Shown: positions 55,244-64,000 of the stretch, piece after piece | How the letters are laid out: each line of letters starts with the position of its first letter | How positions within the stretch are numbered: position 1 is the stretch's first letter | Assembly: GCA_963823035.1 (NCBI GenBank) | Contig: CAWGKG010000010.1 | Span: 256,001-320,000, forward strand | Length of the DNA: 64,000 nucleotides | Direction of reading: 5' to 3' | Source: an uncultured Gemmatimonadales bacterium | GTDB taxonomy: Bacteria; Gemmatimonadota; Gemmatimonadetes; Longimicrobiales; Gaopeijiaceae | Translations under genes and position numbers: made by a program | Notes under the pieces: model-generated | Told to the model about the DNA's origin: nothing | Database searches by the model: none | Seen by the model: only the letters and a program-made list of their open reading frames with translations

Positions 55244-55314
55244 CTGTCCTTGAAGACACCGCGTCGGGTGGGAGGGTTAAGCGGTAGAGGATCCACTACC
55301 CCGGAAGACCCTGT

Positions 55315-56178
55315 TCAGAACCCCCGGCCGTCCGCCCGCCTGCGCAGCACCGCCTGGATGCGCAGCATGAAGCGGGGCGGATCCACCGGCTTGACCACGA
55401 AGTCGTCGGCGCCGGCCTCGAAGAGCTCCATCTCGATCGACGGATCGTCCGATCCCGTAGCGACGACGACGGGCACGCCCGCGGTCGCCAGGTGGCCCCG
55501 CATGCGCCTCAGGAACTCCAGCCCGGGCATCTTCTCCATCTGCAGGTCGAGCGTGACCAGGTCGAAGGGGCCGTCGCGCCCGAGCGTCTCCAGCGCCTCC
55601 GGCCCGTCCGGCGCCTCGTGCACGAGGTAGCCTCCTTCTTCCAGCACGGCGCGCAGGAGCGCCCGGCTGTCCGCGTCGTCGTCGACGACCAGGATGTGCG
55701 GCCGCGCCTTCGCGGTCTCCTTCGAGGTCGGGGCCGGGGGAGGCGGCGCGGCGGCTTCCGGATAGGCGCGAGCCACCGCCTCCATGAGCGCGCCGGGCGG
55801 CCCGATCTCGAACTGGACGGATCTTCCGGTGACCTGCGCGATCTCGCGCTCGGCCGCCATGCTCACCGGATCCGCCGTCGCCACCCGGATCGCGCGGTCC
55901 GTGCAGCGGAGGGGGAGAACGCCGAGCGCGCGGGCGAGCCCGGCGGGGAAGAGCCTGTACGAGCGCGCCTCGGCACGCGGCAGATCCGCGACCGGGAGGC
56001 GGTAGTGCGAAGCCACGCAGGCCGCCAGCGTGTCCGGGTCCGTGCCGATGTGCCGCGTGACCGCGTCCCACGCCGCACCCACCGACGTGTGCGCGGGGAT
56101 GTCGAGCGCATCGGCACCGGGGAGCTTCGCCGCCCGCGCCACGGACACGATCCAGTGCTGGGTTGCCCGAGTCTCCAA
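55315..56178 (-). CDS. GspE/PilB N-terminal-like domain fused to a response regulator receiver domain
   Basis: AGAGGA RBS then TTG 56178. ASHYRLPVADL...LARALGVLPL...IRVATADP (T2SSE_N-like). Receiver: ILVVDDD, LVTLDLQM, VATG, GADDFVVKP. Confidence 0.8.
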   Translation of the reverse strand: METRATQHWIVSVARAAKLPGADALDIPAHTSVGAAWDAVTRHIGTDPDTLAACVASHYRLPVADLPRAEARSYRLFPAGLARALGVLPLRCTDRAIRVATADPVSMAAEREIAQVTGRSVQFEIGPPGALMEAVARAYPEAAAPPPPAPTSKETAKARPHILVVDDDADSRALLRAVLEEGGYLVHEAPDGPEALETLGRDGPFDLVTLDLQMEKMPGLEFLRRMRGHLATAGVPVVVATGSDDPSIEMELFEAGADDFVVKPVDPPRFMLRIQAVLRRRADGRGF

Positions 56179-56287
56179 ACGCCGTCCTCTGGAATCGATG
56201 GGTCCCCGCGGGCGAGCCGTCGCGGGCACCGGTCGGGCCAACTTGCCGCTGGCGCACCGCCTCCGCCACCCCGAAGTTGTCGGCGCC

Positions 56288-58107
56288 ATGCAGATCGCCT
56301 ACCTGGACGGCCCCCGACTTCGTAGATCGCTGGTCGCGGCCTGCGAGTACGCGCAGCGCCAACGCAGTGAGCTCAACCGCATCAACGTGTTTCCCGTTCC
56401 CGACGGGGACACGGGCACGAACCTCGCGCTCACGGCCCGCGCGATCGCCGATCACCTGCGGAAGAACCGCGATCCCGGCGTGGCGGCGGTGGCCGAGGAG
56501 GCCGCGCAGGCCGCGGTGCTCGGGGCCCGCGGCAACTGTGGGATGATGTTGTCCCACTTCCTCCTCGGCTTCGCTGAAGGCCTCCGCGACCGCGCGCGTG
56601 TCGGGACCCACGAGTTCGGCGCGGCCCTGCGCCACGGCGTCGCCAACCTCCTGTCGGCGCTCGAGCGGCCCGTGGAGGGCACGATCCTGACCGTCATGCG
56701 CGACACGGCCGAGGCCGCCGTGCGAGCCGTCCATCGGGACTTCGTCGCCCTCCTGAGCCAACTGGTCGACGAGGCACGCGCGTCGTTGGCGCGCACTCCG
56801 GAGTTCCTACCGGTCCTGAAGCACGCGGGCGTGGTGGACGCCGGCGCCAAGGGCTTCGTGAGCCTCCTCGAGGGCGCGCTCCTCTTCATCCACGGGGATC
56901 CGCTGGTCGCGGTGGACGGCCGCGCCGAGGAGGAGGCGGAGCCGGCCATGGTGCGCGTGGACTTCCCCGGCGCGAGCGAGCGCTACCGCTTCTGCACCGA
57001 GGCGCTCGTGCGCGGGGAGGCACTCCCGAACCAGGACGAGGTCCGAGCCCATCTGCGTGAGCGCGGGGATTCGCTCATCGTGATCCGGTCCGGCAAGGTG
57101 CTCAAGGTGCACGTGCACACCGACGATCCCGAGGAGGTGTTCACCTACCTGCGCGCCCTGGGCCGGCTCGTCACGCACAAGGCCGAGGACATGCAGGCGC
57201 AGCACGAGGCCGTGGAGCGCGCCGCGGACCAGCACATCCGCCTCGCCCGCCGCCCCGTGACCGTGATGACCGACTCTGCCGCCGACCTTCCCGAGGAGGT
57301 GCTCCGCGCACACGGCATCCACGTCACCCCGCTCCTCCTGCTGGACGGCGACGAACACCTATCGCGACGGGGTGGACATCACGGCCCGGAGAATTCCACG
57401 CGCGCATGGCCGCCGACGGTCCCGTGCCCACCACCAGCCAGCCGGCGCCGGCGGACTTCCTGGAGACGTACGCCCGCGCTGCGGAGGACGGCGAGAGCGT
57501 CGTGGGTGTGATCCTGGCATCGGGGCTGTCCGGGACGTTCTCGAGCGCCACGGCCGCCGCCGGTCGCTTCAGCGGCACCCCGGTGCACCTCGTGGACTCG
57601 CAGGCGGCCTCCCTCCTCCAGGGGCTGCTCGTCCTCAAGGCCTGTGAGCTCGCCGAGCTGGCCACGCCGCCCGAGGCGATCGTGCGCGAGCTCGAGCGCA
57701 TCCGTCGGCGCTCCGGCATCCTCTTCACGGTCGACACCTTCGACCGGCTGCTGGCATCGGGGCGTGTGGGCCGCGGCCAGGCCATGCTCGGCTCGATGCT
57801 GAGCGTGAAGCCCATCCTCGGCCTGACAGCGGACGGCAGGGTGGAGCCGGTCGGAAAGGCGCTCGGGCGCAAGCGGGCGCAGACGGCGCTCCTCGACGCC
57901 GTGAAGGCACGCCTTCCGAAGGGCGTGCGCAAGGTGCGCTTCGGTGTCGTCTACGTGGGCGACGACGAGGTGGTGAAGCCCGTATCCGGGGCACTCCGTA
58001 GTCACTTCGGTTACGATGTGGAGATCCTCACGTCACCGGCCACCCCCGTCCTCGCGACGCATCTGGGGATCGGCGCCTGGGGCGTGGCCTACCTCGCGGA
58101 GGATTGA
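56288..58107 (+). CDS. DAK2 (FakA-like) - DegV (FakB-like) fusion, fatty acid kinase; frameshifts near 57355-57390
   Basis: LNRINVFPVPDGDTGTN, GARGNCG, PVEGTILTV, VVDAGAKG, YRFCTE, KVHVHT run in frame into MTDSAADLP. After the shift: PTTSQP, SGLSGTF, VDS, GRVG, VKPIL, PVLATHLG. Confidence 0.88.
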
Positions 58108-58202
58108 GCGGCACCCATCCCTGCCAACCAGCTGTGAAGCGCCCGCGGTCGGTGCCCGGGCGTATCGCGGATGAAACAGACCCTTCGATCCAGACCTCAC
58201 CG

Positions 58203-61200
58203 ATGATCGCTCAACTCGTTCCGGCCGCGCTCGCGGCGCTCACGTTCGCGCCCCAGCAGGCTCCCGACGCCTGGCAGCAGGGCGTTTCCTACCGCATCGA
58301 AGCCCGTCTGGACGAAGACGCCGAGACCCTCTCCGGCCGCGCGCGCGTCTGGTACCGGAACGAGTCTCCGGACACCCTGCGCGACTTCTATCTGCACCTC
58401 TACCTGAACGCGTTCCGCCCGAACTCCGAGTGGGCGCGGACCGATCTGGAGCACGGCGTCCGGACGTTTCAGGACCTCACGCCGGAGGAGCAGGGCTTCG
58501 AGCGGCTGCAACGGGTGAAGGTGGACGGCGCCGACGCCCCCGTCTTCTATCCCTTCGCACCGGACTCGACGGTCGCGCGCCTCGCCCTCCCCGCGCCGGT
58601 TCCCCCCGGCGGAGAGATCGTGCTCGACTACGACTGGAGCGCACGTCCGTCGACGGTGGCGCGCCGCCAGGGGCGCCGGGGTCGCCACTACGACTTCGCG
58701 CAGTGGTATCCACGCGTGGCCGTCTACGACCTGGAGGGATGGCAGGATCATCCGCTGTACCGTCAGGGTGAGTTCTACAGCGAGTTCGCGACGTACGACG
58801 TGACCCTCGACGTGGCGTCGGACCAGGTGATCGGCGCGACGGGGGTGCCGGTGGAAGGCGATCCCGGATGGGCGGGCGCCGCCGTGCCCGGCACGGGCGC
58901 GGTGGAGCTGCAGAGCGACTGGTACGGGACGATGCAGGGTCCCCCGTGCGTCGTGCGCGACGGACTGCGTACCTGTGGCGTTCCGGTGCGCCGTGAGCTG
59001 GAGCCGGGCGAGCCCCTGGGCCTGCTGGACGCGCAGGCGGCCGCGGGACGCAAGCAGGTGCGGTGGCACGCGGAGGACGTTCACCACTTCGCCTGGTCCA
59101 CCAGCCCCGACTACATCTACGAGCAGGGCACGTACAACGACGTCGCCATCCACGTGCTCTATCGACCCGGCGACCGCGAGGAGTGGGGCGACGGGAAGGC
59201 GGTGCAGCGCACCGTGGTTGCGCTCCGCTGGCTGAACACCGTCTTCGGCAAGTACCCCTACCCGCAGGTGACCAACCTCCACCGGATCGAGGGCGGCGGC
59301 ACCGAGTTCCCGATGATGGTCATGAACGGGGGCGCCTCGCAGGGGCTGATCCTCCACGAGGTGGGGCACATCTACACCTTCGGCATCCTCGCCAACAACG
59401 AGTGGTACGAGGGGTGGATGGACGAGGGCTTCACCTCGTTCCAGACGGCGTGGTACTTCGAGGAGCAGGGCGCCGGCCGGTCGCAGTGGCTGGGGAGCGA
59501 GATGCGCATCCTGGACATGGAGCTGCACGGCATCACGGAGCCGGTGACGCTGCAAGCCGAGCGCTACGCGGAGATGGGCATCTACAGCTCGATGATCTAC
59601 ACGAAGGGATCGCTCGTGCTGTGGATGCTGCGCGAGATGGCGGGCAAGGAGAAGATGCTCGAGATCACGCGCACCTACTTCGAGCGCTACAAGTTCCACC
59701 ACGTCGATCAGCAGGCGCTCCAGTCGGTCGCCGAAGAGGTGATGCGCCAGGACCTCGACTGGTTCTTCGGGGAGTGGCTGCATACCACCGGCGTCGTGGA
59801 CTACGCGCTCGAGGGTGTGCACGTGGAGCGGGAGGGCTCGGAGTGGGTCACGCGCGTGGACGTGTCGCGCCGCGGCGAGATGCGCATGCCCGTGCCGCTC
59901 CGCCTCACGAACGGCGACGCGGTACGCGACACGGTGGTGCCCGGCGACGCGCTGCACGCGACGCACGTGATCCGCACGAGCTTCGAGCCGAGGTCGGTGC
60001 GCCTCGACCCGAGGTTGATCACGATGGACTGGAACGCGCTCGACAACGCGTGGCCGTCCGGACCGATGAGCGGCGCGGCCTACGCGCGCGGCTTCGACAA
60101 CCCGCTGGGTGCGCTGCCCGTGTACCGCGACCGGGCGGCGCTCCGCTTCTTCCCGCTGGCGTGGTACAACGACGCCGGCGGCATCGTCGGCGGCCTCCAG
60201 GTGCGCACGTCCTACATGGGCGACATGCGCCGCGCGCTCCTGCGCATCGGCGGACCCGCGGTGGAGGGTGCGGGCGTCGGCGGCACGTCGACGGCCAGGG
60301 ATCCCGGCTCGCTCTACTTCCTCCTCGAGAACCCGATCCTCTTCGACCGTCCGCGCTTCGGCCTGAGCGTCGAAGGCTTCGGCGGAGAGGGCCGCGGGTT
60401 CTTCCGCCTCGCCGGTGAGCGCGACGTGAGCGCGATGCCCTTGAGCGGCCCCCGCCGCTCCGTGCGCGTGTCGATCGCGGTGACCGGCATCTACGATTCG
60501 ACCTACGTGCACCAGGGTCGCTGGTCGCCGGACACCCACCTCGACGTGGAGGGCGGGCTGGGCTTCCGTCGCTCGGGCCGGCTGTGGACCACCGACCTCG
60601 GCGGGTCGCTCGGGCTGACCACGGACGATCGCGTCTACATGCGCGGGATCCTCACCTCCGAGCTCGGCGCGACGACGCGGTCCGGGTGGAGGCTCGGGAT
60701 GCGCTTCTTCGCCGGTGGTGCGATGGCGCACGAGGACAACGTGTGGCGCGGAGAGCGCGCTCCCCGTGAGCGGCAGATGTTCCTCTCCGGCGGAGATCCG
60801 CTGGTGGAGCTGTCGAACCCGTGGATCCGGAGCGCCGGCGCGGCCTTCGACGAGGAGGGCTGGGTGGAGGGCGGAGGCCGGCTGCTCGGATACGACAAGG
60901 GACTGTCCTTCGCGCAGCTCCTCACGCTCACCGTGGACGCGCGCACCGCTCCGGTCGGTCTCGGCCTCGGCCTGCAGGCGGCCGCCCGCGTGTTCGGGGG
61001 CGTCGGCCTCGGCTCGAAGCCGTGGCCGGTGGACGGCCCCGCGGTCCTCGCGGATCTGGCCGAGCCCATCGAGGGGTGGAGCCACGCGTACGCTTCCGGG
61101 GGTGCCGGCGTGGAGGTGGGGCTCGCGCGCTCCCCCATCCGGCTGCGTGTCGACGTGCCCTTCTTCGTGGCCGACCCCGAGCTGTCGACGCGGTCGCGCA

Positions 61201-61250
61201 TCGACCGGGTCGGCTTCCGCTACTCGATCCGCCTCATCGGCTATCGGTAG
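58203..61250 (+). CDS. Secreted M1-family zinc aminopeptidase with long C-terminal beta-rich extension
   Basis: Signal peptide, WQQGVSYRIEA, LHLYLNAF, AQWYPRVAVYD, VHHFAW, GGTEFP, HEVGH-x18-E (WMDEG), IYTKG, DLDWFF. Confidence 0.9.
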   Translation: MIAQLVPAALAALTFAPQQAPDAWQQGVSYRIEARLDEDAETLSGRARVWYRNESPDTLRDFYLHLYLNAFRPNSEWARTDLEHGVRTFQDLTPEEQGFERLQRVKVDGADAPVFYPFAPDSTVARLALPAPVPPGGEIVLDYDWSARPSTVARRQGRRGRHYDFAQWYPRVAVYDLEGWQDHPLYRQGEFYSEFATYDVTLDVASDQVIGATGVPVEGDPGWAGAAVPGTGAVELQSDWYGTMQGPPCVVRDGLRTCGVPVRRELEPGEPLGLLDAQAAAGRKQVRWHAEDVHHFAWSTSPDYIYEQGTYNDVAIHVLYRPGDREEWGDGKAVQRTVVALRWLNTVFGKYPYPQVTNLHRIEGGGTEFPMMVMNGGASQGLILHEVGHIYTFGILANNEWYEGWMDEGFTSFQTAWYFEEQGAGRSQWLGSEMRILDMELHGITEPVTLQAERYAEMGIYSSMIYTKGSLVLWMLREMAGKEKMLEITRTYFERYKFHHVDQQALQSVAEEVMRQDLDWFFGEWLHTTGVVDYALEGVHVEREGSEWVTRVDVSRRGEMRMPVPLRLTNGDAVRDTVVPGDALHATHVIRTSFEPRSVRLDPRLITMDWNALDNAWPSGPMSGAAYARGFDNPLGALPVYRDRAALRFFPLAWYNDAGGIVGGLQVRTSYMGDMRRALLRIGGPAVEGAGVGGTSTARDPGSLYFLLENPILFDRPRFGLSVEGFGGEGRGFFRLAGERDVSAMPLSGPRRSVRVSIAVTGIYDSTYVHQGRWSPDTHLDVEGGLGFRRSGRLWTTDLGGSLGLTTDDRVYMRGILTSELGATTRSGWRLGMRFFAGGAMAHEDNVWRGERAPRERQMFLSGGDPLVELSNPWIRSAGAAFDEEGWVEGGGRLLGYDKGLSFAQLLTLTVDARTAPVGLGLGLQAAARVFGGVGLGSKPWPVDGPAVLADLAEPIEGWSHAYASGGAGVEVGLARSPIRLRVDVPFFVADPELSTRSRIDRVGFRYSIRLIGYR

Positions 61251-61256
61251 GGTGCC

Positions 61257-61704
61257 TCAGCCGCGCAGCTTCTGCTTTCCCGCGACGAGGACGTCGTAGG
61301 TAGCGCGCTGGGCCGACGACAGCGTCGGCCGGGAGTCCGACGAGGATCGCCCGGCCGCCCTTGCCACCGGGGAGGTGGAGGATCAGGTGATCGCGGGGCG
61401 CCGGGGCCTCGTAGGGCCGCGCGAGGCCGCTGGCGTCCACGGCGACCGTCCGCCCCGGCGCGAGGGCTTCGGCGAGCCGCCGTCCGTACTCGGTCCACGC
61501 GGCCAGCGGATCGCCCTCCCCCGAGGCGACCTGCGGGATCAGCGTGTCCCTGTAGAAGCCCACCGCCTCCGCGTACCCCTCCGGATTCGCCTGCTTCAGC
61601 TCGCGCAGGCGTTCGCGGTAGAACTCCCTCGGATCCCGGGCGCCTTCGGCCGCGAGCGCCTCCTCGAGGCGGCGGTCCGCTGCAGCGGTCACGTCGTCGG
61701 ACAT
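61257..61704 (-). CDS. Hypothetical protein; frameshift near 61325
   Basis: MSDDVTAAADRRLEEAL...DPREFYRERLRELK...LILHLP, continuing in the shifted frame LSSAQRATYDVLVAGKQKLRG*. Protein-like composition and fills the gap between flanking genes. Confidence 0.6.
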
Positions 61705-61812
61705 GGGTCGAAGGATCGTCGGGCCCCCCCGCAGCGTCAATCCGCTCGCACGCCGGTTCCCGGCGTGGTCCGGCTCGTTGATCCACCAACACATGGACGA
61801 TACGTTGAGACC

Positions 61813-62356
61813 ATGAATCCGCCCGCCTTTCCAGGTTCAGGGTCTCACGCCGCAGCCCACGGAGTATCTGGACGTGCCGTGGGACATGTTCGGCGAGCTG
61901 TGTCGGGCCCTCGCGCTCCGTGTCGCCCGCGACTACCAGCCCGACCTCGTGGTGGGCATCGCCCGCGCCGGCGTCATTCCGGCGGCCGTGGTCGCGTCCA
62001 TCCTGCGCGTCGACTTCTACTCGATGAAGATCTCCCGCAAGGAGGGGGACGAGCAGGTGCGCGAGCGCCCCGCCGTCCTGTCCGCCGCCCCGACGCAGGC
62101 ATCGGGCAAGCGGGTTCTCCTGGTGGACGAGATCGCCACCTCGGGTGAGACGCTGCGCATGGCGCTCGCGGCCGTGCGTGACGTTCGCCCGCTCGAGGTC
62201 CGTACCGCCACGAGCTTCGCCCGCACCAAGGGCTACAAGCCGGACTACTTCGCGCTGGAGACGGACGCGACGGTGATCTTCCCGTGGGACCGGAAGATCT
62301 TCGAAGAAGGGGAGCTCGTCGTGAACCCGCGGTATTCCTCCGTCCTGGACGAGTAG
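61813..62356 (+). CDS. Type I phosphoribosyltransferase; probable frameshift near 61865
   Basis: PDLVVGIARAGVIPA, PRPP loop VLLVDEIATSGETL, KPDYF, IFPWD. Alternative start GTG 61874. Confidence 0.85.
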
Positions 62357-62606
62357 GGACTCCAGGGGTAGGGCGGAGGGCCGGCGCCCCCGCCCCTCGA
62401 CGCGTGGGCGACTCCCGCCCCCCACCGCGGTGGTTGGAGAACGCTTCGGGTTCCGCGTCGTCAACACGCGCTCGGGACGGGGGCGCCGACCCTCCTCCGA
62501 CCTCCGCGATCGCAACTCGTCCAGGACTCCGGCGGGCGGATGCACGGCGATCTCTGGGGGCCCGTGGCCGGCGCCGGCGCTCCGCGCGGGCCGCACCCGA
62601 CCCGAA

Positions 62607-63863
62607 CTACCCCCCCTGCGCCATGGAATCCAGGAACTCCCGGTTCGTCTCGGTCCGCTTCATGCGGCTGAGCAGGAACTCGATCGCCTCTGAAGCGGGC
62701 ATGTCACCCAGGAAGTTGCGCAGGAGATAGACGCGGTTGAGCTCGGTCTCGCTGAGGAGCAACTCCTCTTTCCGCGTGCCGGAGCGGTTGAGGTCGATGG
62801 CGGGGAAGATGCGCTTGTCCGAGATGTGCCGGTCGAGGATGAGCTCCATGTTCCCGGTGCCCTTGAACTCCTCGAAGATCACCTCGTCCATGCGGCTGCC
62901 GGTCTCGACCAGCGCGGTGGCGATGATCGTGAGCGACCCGCCGTCCTCGATGTTGCGCGCCGCCCCGAAGAAGCGCTTGGGCTTGTGCAGCGCGTTGGCG
63001 TCCACGCCGCCGGAGAGGATCTTCCCGGAGTGGGGCACGGTCACGTTGTACGCGCGCGCAAGGCGCGTGATCGAGTCGAGGAGGATGACGACGTCCTTCC
63101 CGTGCTCCACCAGGCGCTTCGCCTTCTCCATCACCATCTCGGCCACCTGCGTGTGCCGCTCGGCCGGCTCGTCGAAGGTGGACGAGATGACCTCGGCGTC
63201 GACGTGCTCCTCCATGTCCGTCACCTCTTCGGGCCGCTCGTCGATGAGCAGGACGATGAGGTGGACCTCCGGATGGTTCGTCGAGATCGAGTTGGCGATC
63301 TGCTGGAGGATCGTCGTCTTCCCGGCTTTGGGCGGCGAGACGATGAGGCCCCGCTGGCCCTTCCCGATCGGCGCGACGAGGTCGATGACACGCGTGGCGA
63401 GAGTACCGTTCTCGTCGAGCTCCAGGCGGAGCCGGTCCTCGGGATAGCGAGGACGGAGGTTGTCGAACGCGACGCGGTGCTGGGTGGACTCGGGGTCGAG
63501 CGTGTTGATCGTCTCGACCTTGAGGAGCGCGAGGTAGCGCTCGCCGTCCTTGGGCGGACGCACCTGTCCCTGGATGGTGTCTCCCGTGCGCAGGTCGAAG
63601 CGCTTGATCTGCGAGGGGCTCACGTAGATGTCGTCGGGCCCGTACAGGTAGTTCCAATCCTGGGAGCGCAGGAAGCCGTACCCCTCGGGGAGGATCTCCA
63701 GGACCCCCTCGCCGCGGAGCACGACCTCCTCCTCGAGGAGGTTCTGCTCGATACGGAAGATCAGGTCCTGCTTCCGGAGGCCCGCGTAGTTCTGGATCGC
63801 GAGCTCTTCGGCCATGTCCTGCAGCTCGCCGACGTTCTTGCTCTTGAGCTCGGAGATGTCCAC
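62607..63863 (-). CDS. rho: Transcription termination factor Rho
   Basis: [88 protein letters not shown]. Confidence 0.98.
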   Translation of the reverse strand: MDISELKSKNVGELQDMAEELAIQNYAGLRKQDLIFRIEQNLLEEEVVLRGEGVLEILPEGYGFLRSQDWNYLYGPDDIYVSPSQIKRFDLRTGDTIQGQVRPPKDGERYLALLKVETINTLDPESTQHRVAFDNLRPRYPEDRLRLELDENGTLATRVIDLVAPIGKGQRGLIVSPPKAGKTTILQQIANSISTNHPEVHLIVLLIDERPEEVTDMEEHVDAEVISSTFDEPAERHTQVAEMVMEKAKRLVEHGKDVVILLDSITRLARAYNVTVPHSGKILSGGVDANALHKPKRFFGAARNIEDGGSLTIIATALVETGSRMDEVIFEEFKGTGNMELILDRHISDKRIFPAIDLNRSGTRKEELLLSETELNRVYLLRNFLGDMPASEAIEFLLSRMKRTETNREFLDSMAQGG

Positions 63864-64000
63864 GGGAGGGGGCCTCGGACGAAAGGTAGGGGCTACCGGG
63901 GAAGGGGGCGGGATCGAAGAGAGGAGCGAGGCGGCGCCAGCGCCACCGGGTACGGATTCGTCTCGACTGGCTTCCCGCCTGGGAGGCGGAGGCCGGAACG

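Noticed and set aside
58197..61085. Long antisense or alternate-frame ORFs (e.g. 58197..61085, 47902..49707, 16189..17706, 26033..27754)
   Set aside because: They overlap well-supported genes, have no family motifs, and are expected from high-GC codon bias.

Overview
High-GC bacterial chromosomal segment with about 40 protein-coding genes. I found no rRNA, tRNA, CRISPR array, prophage or IS element. The gene repertoire (6-bladed beta-propeller lipoprotein, PadR + duplicated orphan ABC permease pairs, SusC/SusD, plug-only proteins, VPS10-type hydrolase) suggests Gemmatimonadota; this is inference only. About half of the genes are split by 1-2 nt frameshifts (roughly 30 or more), which looks like unpolished long-read assembly error, so split ORFs were rejoined by protein motif continuity. 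Gene order: Wzi-like capsule protein; GT2+GT4 glycosyltransferase running in frame into a BamA/TamA-like protein; CofD/YvcK-like protein; DUF4332-type membrane protein; O-methyltransferase; thyX; amidohydrolase; pip; a six-gene amine operon; plug-like protein; SDR; GH63; VPS10 hydrolase; SusC/SusD; plug lipoprotein; clpP; SSADH; four PadR regulators with three ATPase-less duplicated permeases; asparaginase; degraded asnA; variant D-aminoacylase; VOC protein; TolB/TPR protein; GspE/PilB-N-domain + receiver protein; FakA-FakB fusion; M1 peptidase; PRTase; rho. The best candidate for an undescribed system is the operon at 13051-21581 (class III aminotransferase, C-N hydrolase, Orn/Lys/Arg decarboxylase, ATP-grasp ligase, C45 Ntn-hydrolase, carbamate kinase). 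It combines amine generation with an amide-forming and two amide-cleaving enzymes but lacks the deiminase and transcarbamylase genes that usually accompany these functions.
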